From positions 10,894,883-10,958,882 of the forward strand of contig CM119269.1 of assembly GCA_051294375.1 (NCBI GenBank): a stretch of DNA of 64,000 nt, in the 5' to 3' direction. Shown in pieces: positions 15,801-28,704 of this stretch. The notes under the pieces were generated by a model. That model did not search any database, was not told the DNA's origin, and saw only the letters and a program-made list of their open reading frames with translations. The translations under genes were made by a program, and so were the position numbers. How positions within the stretch are numbered: the first letter of the stretch is position 1; each line of letters begins with the position of its first letter. This stretch comes from Paraspadella gotoi. Its lineage: Eukaryota > Animalia > Chaetognatha.

Positions 15801-17321
15801 ACAATTTTTGGCATAATTTATAAGGGTTTCCAGTAGCCTTCAAAAATATATCTTTTGATATTTTTTTTTTCCCTTTTTTGGTTTCTGTTTCTTCTTATTC
15901 TTTTTTTTATTCTAAGTCCAGAGAAGAGGGACAACGTCAATAACAAACTATAAAACTGAAAGCAAGAGAAAAGAGCCAAAATATATTGTAGTTCAAAACT
16001 AAATTCGCAAGTAAAATTGTTTTAACTTTAAGTTTAATTGTCCAACTTAACCCAGCAATCACACATTGAAGTCAAGCAAACTACCTGTTACATCAGCTCT
16101 CTGCATTCGCACGGCAAACGAGGCGGCCAAATACGAACCAAGCGTCAGACAATCAAAAACCAGAGCCAAGCACAGGCAAGCAAGCACAGGCAACAAACTC
16201 ATACGACGCGAAAGGAAATCACTTCTAGATCGTTTTTGTCGCGGTGCGTGAGACGACGACGATGACGCGCGTCGGACGGCGCCGCCGCAAATAAGAGCCA
16301 CGCGTCGTCCGAAAGCGGAAAACGCGGGGCGGCAGGAGGCGGCGACGGCGAAGGAGGGGCGCTAGCTTCGGCGTGTTGACGTTAAAAGAAACAAGCAGAC
16401 AAAATCGGGAGACGAAGATATAGACGTAAATTTGGACGATTGTGAGAACGACGACGCGACACACACTTAACGAAGCAACATAACGCGGAAACGAGAAATG
16501 CTGTTAACTTTAGCTTCAACCAAAGAAAAACTCGGACAACCTCGACAATGACGAAAAATTGTCTTAAGTGAAAAAAAGGTAACAACAAAACGACGAAAAA
16601 AATAGTGCCGAAACTGACGACAATAACACAGTTGTCGGAACAGCCAAACAGAGACCATACACAGGAATAATGGAGCCCTGTGGTTTCCATGGAAAACCGA
16701 AAAGGCGTGGCGGCTGACGACACGACGACAAAAGACGATGGAAATGGACGACGAGATTGATAACTTTTTCCTGTCGAATGTTAATTCATATTTTGACGTC
16801 AATTTCTCGCTCGGAATATGATTACGTAGATTAAATAAATGCAATTTGCGAGACAAATGAATACAGGAATAATGGAAACTTGGTAAAATAAATAAACAGT
16901 AAAAACTTTTCATCTTTTTTTTTCAAACTGACTTTCGAAAGTCTTTTATAAAATTACGTATTTTTTTTTTAAAAAAATCAGATAATAGGACATAAAATTG
17001 CTCTTTAGCTATACAATAATTATTCAAATAACCACCATCGCTGGTTTTAAGCTCAGATCAATTATATGCAAACCAAATTTTCACTCGCTCATCTCATATG
17101 AGGGGTCTTGAGACTTAGATCGAAACAAAACCGAGAATCAGAAAAATTGAAAGATAAAAGTCGCGAGTTTCAATCCGATGGACTAAATTGAAAAAGAACA
17201 CAGAAGAAAAGATAGAAAAAAACCAGCAAAGCCGCGAGCATAAAGGGAAATGAAAAGATAAGACGCTTTTAACTCTTATCGTTGGAAAGCTTTTTAATGT
17301 TTCCCTTTGGTCTCTCTCTCG

Positions 17322-17405
<84 letters not shown>

Positions 17406-17760
17406 TTTGACGCGCGGCCAGAACCTTCATATACTCCAAATTACTTTATCGGATCCATGTGGTTCTGAGTGTCAATTTTATTTCTTGTTGTTCAGTTATA
17501 TACTCTTATCTGTTATAATCAAAAAGATATTTCTCCTTAATTCATAAGTTCTTAAACCAAACAAATCCAGAAATATTACCACGTATTTAAAAAGAGGACA
17601 GATATTGCGCTCGCAATTGGAATGTTTTCCTCTATTGTTTAAGTATGCAGGCAACCGTTTATTAGACTGCATATTCTCTATCGTTCGTTCTTTCTGAACT
17701 CTACCTTTTCTTTTCCATCCAATCGCTCTCTCTTTCTCCTTTTTCTCTCTGCTCTTTCTA

Positions 17761-17826
<66 letters not shown>

Positions 17827-18011
17827 CCCTACCTCACCTCTCCCTCTTCTTCCCCATCTTCTCGCGCACCTGATCTCACTTATCCTTCATGGATATTTAC
17901 TTCCGTCCAAAGGGGGAATCTTTGCTCATCTCTCATCTCGAGAGGAGAGGGAAAGAGCGAGAGGGAGAGGAGGAAGAGGAGAGCGATGGAAGGGGAGGGG
18001 AAGAGCCAGAG

Positions 18012-18073
<62 letters not shown>

Positions 18074-18835
18074 CAAATCGGTGAAGGCGAGAGAGAAGGA
18101 AAAACTAAAAAAGCGCCGTTTAAAAATAAAAAAAAGAATATTTTTTTTTTTCAATATAGATTTAACAACAATGGAAAAGCATGTAATTCATGAGTGGAGG
18201 ACTGGAGGGGCGAAGGCCGGGAGGATAAATATGATATTTTAAAAAGGAAAGTTAATAACGGAAAAAGAATGGAAGAACAAAAGGAAAGAAATAAAAAGGA
18301 AAAATTTTCAAAATTGGAGAAATTTAAAAATCGAGAGAAGAGGAAAAAAATTGGAAAAGTTTTAATGAAAACGGGAGGAAGGAAAAAATGACATCTGATC
18401 TCATGTCGATTCGGTGAAGATAATGAAAGTGTTCACACTCGACGACGTTGTCGTAGTCGTTGTCGTTTTCTTTGTCGTCGTTGTTATCCTCTTCGCCTTT
18501 TCATTTGGTAGTAATGCTGGATTGAAATTCTTTGATCTTGATTAATCTTTATCCCAATGATTTTCCGTTTTATCTCCAAGTTTTTATGTTATTTTCGTAT
18601 TAAAATCTTTTTCGTAACGACTCGAGATAGTAGTTTTATGACTTCGATGTTTTCATTGTTCGCGATACTTTTCTCGACGGAGACGACGACGGAGACGACG
18701 ACGACGACGACGACGACGTCGATGACGTGAATTGAGTTTGAAACATTCTACAAAGAACTGAGAGACTTTTAAAAACATGTCATCATCTCCCGCGTTGGGA
18801 AGTTAGCGAACGATAAAAAAAAAAAAGCTAAGCAT
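7057..18835 (+). repeat. ~5.85 kb head-to-tail duplication (copy 1 ~7057-12910, copy 2 ~12909-18835)
   Basis: ATGGCGATGCCATTTCTATT starts at 7057 and 12909, and AAAGCTAAGCAT ends at 12910 and 18835. The copies are colinear throughout and differ mainly by 1 bp indels. Confidence 0.95.
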
Positions 18836-18893
18836 CGGAGAAACCCAAAGCGGAGAATGAGAGAGAGAGAGAGAGAGGAGAGAAGAGAGAGAT

Positions 18894-18924
<31 letters not shown>

Positions 18925-18996
18925 AGAGAGAGAGAGTGAGAGAGTAGAGAGAGAGAGAAAGGAGAGAGAGAGAGAGAGAGAGTCACCCTCGCGCTC

Positions 18997-19021
18997 NNNN
19001 NNNNNNNNNNNNNNNNNNNNN
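18997..19021. other. Assembly gap (others at 2052-2072 and 62777-62786)
   Basis: Runs of N next to microsatellites. Confidence 0.99.
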
Positions 19022-19260
19022 GTTCGACCTCTGAACGAAACTGAAAAGCAAAACCTCATGAGTGAAAAGTGGGAAAGGTGAGATGGCCTCCCGGCGAAAG
19101 AGAAAGTGGTTGAGGGGTGGAGGCGGAAATCGGGTGGTTTCGTCAAGGTGGTCGGGCAAGAGTGGTTTTTGTTTGGGGGGATGGATTTGGTTGGGGTATT
19201 TTGAAGTAGCCGTGGAGCGGAAGAGAAAAGGTGGAAAAGGGAAGAAAGTGTCGGAAGGTC

Positions 19261-19373
<113 letters not shown>

Positions 19374-19767
19374 AGAAAAAAAGTGTGTTAAAAGTGATGT
19401 AGTGATTCATGAGAACTTGCAGTTGACAGGAATAGAAGAAGAGAACGAGGAAATTGAGACGAGCGGAAGGGGAAAAAAAGAAAAAAGCGCCGCAGCGCAA
19501 AATTACAAAATGGTGGGAAACATTGTTAATAAAAAAGAAAAAAAAAGGCAAATAAACTCTGGAATGAAAGGAATGAAGGAGGAATTAATTGGCGATGGTG
19601 GTGGAGGAGGAAGAGGCGGAAGAGGAGGAAGAAGGGGAAGAGGAAACGGGGACGTCGGGGCGGTAGAGATGGAGAGGCTTCGCCAGATGAAGCGTTACAG
19701 GTAATAGGCAGGAACATATAAACTCATACGCGGCACGAGATAAAGGGCTAACGATGAAAGGAGGGGA

Positions 19768-19860
<93 letters not shown>

Positions 19861-21312
19861 TGTCTTCTGAATAATGAAAGAAAAGGCTGGGAGAGAAGTT
19901 GGGTGAATGTTTGCGAAACCCAAATTAAAACGAATCGTGTAACATTAGAGTTTAAAAGGAATCTTGCGGAAGCATTTTGAGCGTTTGTAGAGGAGCTACC
20001 GAAATACCGTAAAGTTTCACGTTCAAGACAGTCTTGGGATAATCATGAGGACTGGAGTAAATAAGATATAATCATATATTGTGTCGTGATAGTGACCGCT
20101 TCAATTTTTATACTGAATTATTTTTTATTTATATGACTCAAAATGCTGTGTAGTAACAGACCGTAAAGAACCGTATGAAAACTTTAAAAGTCAAACATGA
20201 ACGTTTAAAAAATTAAGAAAACGTTGCACACTTTACATATTATGAAAAAAATTAGATTTAAGCTAAGAATATACGTTTTTATTATTTTTGATAGACAAAT
20301 TTAAACAATTTTCAAAAAAGAGATTTATATCTTTCAAACAACTTTTTATAATAAATCTAACTCTGTTATCCAATCCAATAAAAGGTAATTACAAAATGTT
20401 ATTATAGTTTCTTAGGTCCGAACTGCGGAGTAAACATAAATATAACTTTTTTATGATAATAATAGTTTTCCACCATTAGAATTTTGTTTAAAGTTAGATT
20501 TAAAATTATCATTATGCTTTACTGTAGTGTTGTAAAAGTGAGAAAGCTTTAGTAATTCAACGAGAATAAATCTTTGTTTTTTTGTTTCTATTTATAGTTA
20601 GTTTTAAGAAGTTTTTTTCCGCCGCGTATGACGGAAACGCGGAAGCCGGCAACGCGCCAGCGAGGGGCGTGGCGACGCTGCTGGCGCCGGCAGAAGCGCC
20701 AGACGCCAATTTTCTTGACGCGGAGTGATTTTCGGGTCAAATGAGCAGATTTTTCAAGCGAAACCCGCAGCATCGCCACTCGGGGAAAAAAATGGCCACT
20801 CGGAAAAAAGGGGAGGAAGAAATAGAGGCAGAGAAAAAGTTTCGCTGAGAAAAGTGAGGAAAATTGGGAGGAAAATGGCAAAGGGGTAGAAAAGTGGGAA
20901 AAAAATCCCATCCCAAACAGATAAATAATATTATAGCTAAATATTTAACACAACAAAATAAATAAAATAATAAATAAAAGGTGTTTTTAAATCTTAAAAA
21001 ATAAAGAGAGTGAAACAAGTAATTTTCATAAACTAGAAAAGAAGAAATAGAATTAGAAGTGAACATGGCGAAAAAAAAAATCTTCTTTCTAGAATTCACA
21101 AAGAATTACTCCGCGAGCCAACGTCCTTTATTATTCATTTTGAGTTTGTTTTAAGTTTTTTTTTATAATTTTAAGCCTTCGCATCAATCTGGCGTGAAAA
21201 TTTTCGGATGTTAAAACTTAAAAGCGTATGTCAATTTTGATTTGTTTCTTTGTCTAATTATTTTTCTCAGACATACCGTAGAAGAAAACCAACCGACAAA
21301 CCTTCTCTTCCG

Positions 21313-21353
<41 letters not shown>

Positions 21354-22648
21354 TCTCTCTCTCTCTCTCTCCCCTATCTCCTTCTATGCCCAATTGCCCA
21401 TCTATCATTCTCTCCTCTTTTGCTCTCATCCGGAACACGGATATCCCAACGAATACTATGATCTAGAGTGGCCGCTATAAGAAGGTTAGGATTTCACACG
21501 AAATCTTGAAAAATTTTAAAATTTCAATCTACAAAATAATTCCCCCCCCCAAAAAAATGAATCGTTTGTAGGAACGAAATGAGAAACAGAGATATATGTG
21601 GACGGAGAAATAGAAATAGAAATACGAGGTATCAAGATGGTATAAAAAAATGATAGAGAGAAGAAAGGGGAGGATGAACTTTTCTCCACTTTTTTTTGCA
21701 GAGAGATAGAGAAGGGTCGAGCGATCGCGTTATTCCTCGATTCTCGTTTAATCCATCGATGATCGGTCCATAGTTAAAACAAAACAAAAAAAAAAACACT
21801 TTTTTTTCTGATCGCTTTTTCATCACTTTTTTATTTTATTTTTATTTTTTTAAATTATTTTTTCTTCTTTCGAAAAAAAAAAGTTTTGGATTCTCATCCC
21901 AGATTCGAGATGCAAAACATAAATACTTGGGCTCTTGACAATCGATTTAATTCGATTTACTTTTTTGTCAAAAGCGGCATTCTACAAAATCTTGTACAAA
22001 ATTATGTAATTAAATTTAGTTAAAACGTCTTTGGTTATCGGGCGAGCCCACATGAGACTCGGATATTCTTTAATTCTGTCAAACATGATATTTTTGTCTT
22101 ACGCCTAAACTTATAACGGGAGGCAAAGGAGCAAAGAAGCAAAGGAGGGCCAAACTTGAAAGTAGTCGACAACCTCAGTGATTCGTTGTCGAAACCTGTG
22201 GTCCAATAAATTTTTCCAAGTTTCGACCTCGAATGAGTTTCGAATCAAAATTTGCGCAATATTTATGAGGCGAGCTGCGGGGTCGATGCTATACTGATTG
22301 TTTAAAGTTCAAATCGTGAAGCGGACAATGTAATTTTGCAGTTTAAAAAGCACAATTCGAAATGCTCGCATAAATTTTAAGTCCTTTTGGCCTTGGGAGA
22401 GTTGTTTCTGATATTTTTAATTTGTACCAAAGTGTGGACTGTTGTAAATCAGTCGTAAAGTAGAATGGTAGAATGCTTGACCTGAAAATTATTAGCCGAG
22501 TTTTGAATGAAGAACAGTTAATTTACTTAATATAAAGTAATGCTGATTTATTCAGTCCTAAAAAAAGGTTTTTTTTTCTTTCCAAGAGCAATGCGCGAGC
22601 AAAAACGTAAAACCGTCTTTAATTTGTACAAATTAAGACCAGCAAATT

Positions 22649-22695
<47 letters not shown>

Positions 22696-23381
22696 GCATC
22701 TAATGCGGATTTTTGACTTAGAGCGAGGACATTGGATGCAAGAGTTAATTGCCTAAACGATAACAAAGAGAAGACGTTTAAGAGAAGTCAAATTTAAGAG
22801 AGGTAAAAAACTCGGGCGAAACGAGAGAAGTAAAGTTCAGCGCGTGCTCGTTAATTACTGCGATCGAAAGGGGTTTTTATTTATTTTTTTTATTTTTTGT
22901 GTACTTGACGAGCGCGAGAGATGTTTTTACAGGTAGGATAACGAGATGTTTGTTGGGTAATAACGTTTATCAAATTGTTCGATTACAATGCGTGATTAAA
23001 CGACACATCGAAAAATATGTTATGAACTTAAATATTATTTTTGGAAAAAAAATGTTTTTGTGAATTTCATTCAACTTGTCAAAAATCTGAAACTTAAGAC
23101 GGTAATAAATCGTGGGACGAAGATGGCGTAAGTTTACAAAATATTAGACATATAGTATTTGCGATCTTTTTTTTTTAACAACACCATTTTTGCTTTTTTG
23201 AATTTTTTGGTTGAAACCGATAAACGAAAGTCAAATCGGCCTCTGCTTCTTTTTTTTTTCTCTTTTGTTCATCTTTTTTTTTCTTTTATCCGATTTCGCT
23301 ATTTTTCATTTTTTCTCTTTTGTTTTTATTCCGCGTTTCTTCGAAATAATTTTTAGATTTGGTTTCGGAATTTTTCGCTTC

Positions 23382-23470
<89 letters not shown>

Positions 23471-23856
23471 GGAAGGCGGAAGGAGAAATCTGACGGAGGC
23501 GAAGAGATTCTCATGACCGACCGAGTTTCCGATCATGAGAGGGAAAAATTGGGCACCGGGTTTTGTCGGGCTTGGTCGGGCGGCGGATCCGGAAATTGTC
23601 GGGTATCGGGGCAAGGAAGCGGGCAAAAAAACATCCGTCGAACAGTCGGACAAAAGCCGAGACGAGAAAGGTAAAAATCCCCGAGGGCAAAAAAAGCGAA
23701 TTGGATGGGAAAGAAAACGAGGAAGACGTGATTTCGGGGCGCGTGTTGCGTGATAATTTGTGAATGTTGAGAATCGGTAATATATATCACGAGACACGAC
23801 ATCTCACGGTCCAACGATGTCAACAACTGTTGCGATTATCACGTTGAAATGGATTT

Positions 23857-23901
<45 letters not shown>

Positions 23902-24409
23902 CGTTTTGGTCTAATGTTAGCAGAAAATCTTTTTTTTTAATTTACTACGCCATGCATGACCAGAATATCTTTCCGGAAGTCCAAGAGTCTAGGATGGCGA
24001 TGAGCGCCGGCAGCGGCGGCGGCGACGACAACGACGACGAAAACGACGACGACGAAAACGACGACGACCCAGGATTCCAAGATTTAAGAACCAAATATAC
24101 GATCGAAAAAAAAAGTATGGAATCATTTCCTCGTTCGCCGTTCGGATTTCGACGCCGAATTACGTAACGACACCAGAACGGAAATCGGCGAGCGTCGATA
24201 GGTGTCATCGAGGATTGAAAAAGAAAACCAGATCGGGAGACACGAGAATGAGATGAAGTGCAGATAGATGAGGAGCGGAATATACGTAGACAAAATTAGA
24301 CGAGGAGCGAATGAGGAGCGGAGAGAATTACAAAAGTGATTGAGAAAAATGCAAAGAGGAACAGACGATTGTAAATTTGGAAATTTTCGCACTTGGCTAT
24401 ATTTATACA

Positions 24410-24650
24410 TAGTACTAACTGTATGAGGATAAGGAAACAAGCGGGCCGAAGACTATTATCCGTAACTTCTGTACCCGTAAGCCATAAAGCAGGTCCTGGG
24501 CTTGAAACCTGGCTGGAGGATTTTTTATGACGCCAAAGGGGGGTACGGACGTCCTCGTGCTTCCATGAAGGTTAGGTAGCGCGCTGGGATAGAACCCGGT
24601 ACATAGTGAACATGAGCCGACGGCTTCACTCAATGAGCCACAGGGTCACG
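24410..24650 (-). mobile_element. tRNA-derived SINE-like element
   Basis: Minus strand GACCCTGTGGCTCATTGAGTGAAGCC...CCGGGTTCTATCCCAG (A/B-box-like) followed by an ~180 bp body. Confidence 0.45.
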
Positions 24651-25024
24651 AGTGAATGTGTCATTCTTATAGGCGGGGTGAACTTATGCTATGCCCGACT
24701 ACACCTATAAAATTTACAATTTTAAAAGGGTTTTTTTAAAGAAAATTACTCTTATAGCAGTAGGCTATATTTATATATAGTACTATCCTTGGTCAAAAAT
24801 CGCTATGAACTATGAAACTATGAAACTATGCAGTGGGCATGATGATGAATGAATGATGACGAATTAAAAGTGGATGAGAAGCGGTCAGGAGGAGATGACA
24901 AATTGAGAAGCGGATACAACTAGTAGAAGGAACGAACCATCGGAGCCTCTTATTCCCGTTCAAGATTCCAGGGGGAAGTTTTGCTCGAACACAATTAATC
25001 TTTTTTTTTTATAGAGAGAAAAAA

Positions 25025-25152
<128 letters not shown>

Positions 25153-26479
25153 AAATTAACAAGAAAAATATTTTCCTCCGTAAACTCATGTGGCGAAGGT
25201 TAAAACGACCACGCCAAAGCAAGAAATCTATAATTATAAAAATGATATTAACATGAAAAATGATGATGAAATTTGCGATATACCGCCAGGAGCTAAACAA
25301 CTTTGTTTTTATCATTTAACATCTATTTTGTTTTGCGGGTTTTTTTTCTTCTTTAATCCCCAACGCAAATTATGAAACACTCACGTGCAGAATGTTTTAG
25401 ACGCGACATTAGCTCTTTTTTTTTCGAAAGGATAAAAAATAAGTTTTTCCTTCTCAACGCACGTGGCGCCGCATCTTTAAAGTGGTGAAGATTATTTGGA
25501 AATTGACTTTGAGCAGAACTCGCGAATGACAACGGTTTAGAGGACAGAACGTACGAGGGTCGCGAGTTCGAGGCGAGTTGAGGGACAATTTGTTATTTCG
25601 TTTTTTTCGCAGCTAATAGTTGCCATCATTTCGCCAGGAAAAGGGTTACGAATATTGTTTGGATCTCGGCGACGACAAGCGAAGTCTCAAAGACGACGAC
25701 GACGACGACGACGACGATATGGCAGCGATAATGACGTATCGTCAACTTTTCTCGTAAACTGTTTGAAAGAAACATAAATAAGAAGAACGCGAGGGAACGG
25801 GAAAAATCGGCGGGGAAAGAGAGAGAGAGCGAAAATGGGAGAAACAGACAACGATTATTTATATTCGAAAAGGAAAAAAATTGTTTAAACGGAAAAATGA
25901 AACGAGGAAAAAGAAGAACAAATGAGTTTCTTCGGTTGGAAAAAAAAAAGAGAAAATCCCCGGTTGTGAGCGAACGCGAAAAGTCGGATCGTCGTCGTCG
26001 TCGTTGTCGTCGTCGACGTTTTTTTTTTCATGTTTCGATTGTCGTCGTTTTTGTTGTTTTTGTTTTCGCCGATCGCGATCTGAGTTATGAATCGTGGACG
26101 ACGATTTCTGTGACGGAGAGACAATCGAGTTTACAGTTTCGTTGTTTTTTTGGAGACGAAAACGATTTTCGTTTTCAAAGTTTGCGATCGAAAATGTAAA
26201 CACAGACGAATTCCGTTGCTTCGCGTTTAATGAGCTGAACTCATTTTTTTTCTAAGTCACGTCTAAACACCAAACGTTAATTGCCAATCTTGTCTTGTTA
26301 TTATTTGTTATTATTTGTACGAAGTAATGTGATCAGAATTGAAAAAAAAATATCTGCATCGTGGAAATATATTTAAGATTTTAAAATTATGCACGAAAAA
26401 AAATAACAAAAAATCAGTTCTTTCGTGGTTTTCACTCTGAAGGTAGATAAAAACATTCAGCATAATGAGTTCGACATGA

Positions 26480-26558
<79 letters not shown>

Positions 26559-26760
26559 TAACGGTAAAAACCCATGATCAAAGGAGGTACAAACTTGTCT
26601 GGTGGGGGAGACAAGCGGTAGAGGGTGAAAATGAGGGGAGGGTAAAGATTGAGAGAGAGATAAAGGAAGAGGAAGAGAAAGCGAGGATGAATTTGAGATC
26701 CGTAAACCCTGGAGGTAAACAGGAGAGAGTGAAGAAAATAAGAGTGAAAATAAGAGAGAA

Positions 26761-26806
<46 letters not shown>

Positions 26807-26911
26807 ACAATGAGTCGGATACGCAAAAACAATCGAAGATGATCGCGGGGCGAGTTTTTTTCAGAGAAGAGGATTAAGGAAGAGAGAGAGAGAGAGAGAG
26901 AGACGAGAGAG

Positions 26912-26975
<64 letters not shown>

Positions 26976-27297
26976 AAAGAAAAAGGGAAGAATTGGAGAA
27001 GAGTAAAAGAGATGAAGAGGAAAATGAGAGAGAAGGAGTACAAGGAGCGAGAGAGGGTCAAATCAAAGAGTCAGCCTCGCATAATGATGGGCGGGGTAGG
27101 GAGGGGCGGTTGAAAGCGGCAAAGGGTGAAAGGGCCATCGTTTCCAGACCAAAGGGGAGGGGCGGTGGATGGTAGGGCCAAGGTAATTTCTTTGTCCAGG
27201 TCTCGATCTTGCAGGAAAATTAAGATTGCTTTGGGGAAGTTGGGAGTTGGATCGGGATGAAGGTTTGGGGTGACGCTAGACGAGACCGATTGTCTTA

Positions 27298-27862
27298 CAC
27301 TGCGGCGCAAAAAAAAAATAGCCACTTTTTACATAGAAAAACCCATATTGGATGGTTGAATTCTACAAGAACACAGAAACAAAAAATAAAGTTTTTCAAA
27401 AGATGAAGAAATTGGTCTAAGTCTTAATAAAATCGAGCAAAGTTATAGGACGACAAAGTCGATTAGTACCAAAAAAAGGGGGAAAAAATTAGTTTCTATT
27501 TTTTTTTAGTAAATAAGAGTCAATGATTTTTCCTTATTATAAAATGATTATAATATGAAATTGGCTAAACTAATTTGGCAAAGAATATCTGTAGGGACAG
27601 GTATCAACCATTTTTGACCTAAATCAAATTAAAATAAGTAAGAAACTATATAAAAAAAACAATCTTTTATCATCAGTCAGAAAAAGAAGTATCATCAACT
27701 TAACCTCCAAAAATCATTTTTCCCAATTCCGTATTCAGACTAACTTTAAAGTATTGCTATATTCTACTGCCTGAACCAAATAATTTTGTTTAGCTTTTTA
27801 AAATAAAGAAATAGTGAGGTATTTAAAGCTAACAAGTGGCTACTTTTTTTTACGCCGCAGTG
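27298..27862. mobile_element. Tc1/mariner-type MITE
   Basis: TA flanks on both sides and ~30 bp TIRs CACTGCGGCGCAAAAAAAAAATAGCCACTT / AAGTGGCTACTTTTTTTTACGCCGCAGTG around an AT-rich interior. Confidence 0.85.
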
Positions 27863-28664
27863 TATATTGCCTATTATTTCCTAAATTTTGCAGTTCAAGA
27901 TTTTTTAGATTCACAGAATCATTTTGCATGCACCCATTCAAGCAAAATTCATTCTAAAATTTTATCGGTTTCTAAAATTAAAATTTTTCTTCGTCTGTCG
28001 GGTAAAAAGATACTCCCCTCCCCAACTCTCGAAAAAATCTTCTAGCTTTGTTGTCTAAAAATTAACCCCAAAGATCGAAAAAGGGATTCTCCCTCGATCG
28101 TCAAGGTTAATTGGATCTTCGGCCCAACGCGGTTTTGTAGGTTTAACAGGCGTGGTTTCGGACCGACGAGAAGGGGAGAGGACGTAAAAACTTGATTGGC
28201 GGCTTGTATCATTTGTAAGGCAGATTAAGCTCGAAGGGCGCGAGTTAACCAAGGATAAAATTTGATCTGCATAACGTTAAACAAAAAAAAAAGGGTTGAT
28301 TAGCTTGATTAGCTTGTGAGGCGAATTGATTGAGTTGAGGCGTTGGGGATTGATTGCTCCTTCGAACGGAGAGTGTTACTCATGTCATGAAGCGGATTGT
28401 AAAAGAGGCACCTTTTTATTTATTTTATAGGATTTGCTGGCCCGTTGGCACCAACATCCATGTGCATTATTTTCTTGATTCCCGTTTTGCTCTCGACGCT
28501 TAACATTTTTTTTCATTTCGTTCTCCTACTCATCGTAACTTTGAGCCTTCCTTAATGAAGTTGTCATTTTTCGAGTTTTCCCTTTTGTGAATTCCATTTC
28601 AGAAGCGTCATCGAGATTCGAAACAATTTTTCTGCGCCGTCGTTCGCAGGAATCAGAGAATCAG

Positions 28665-28704
<40 letters not shown>

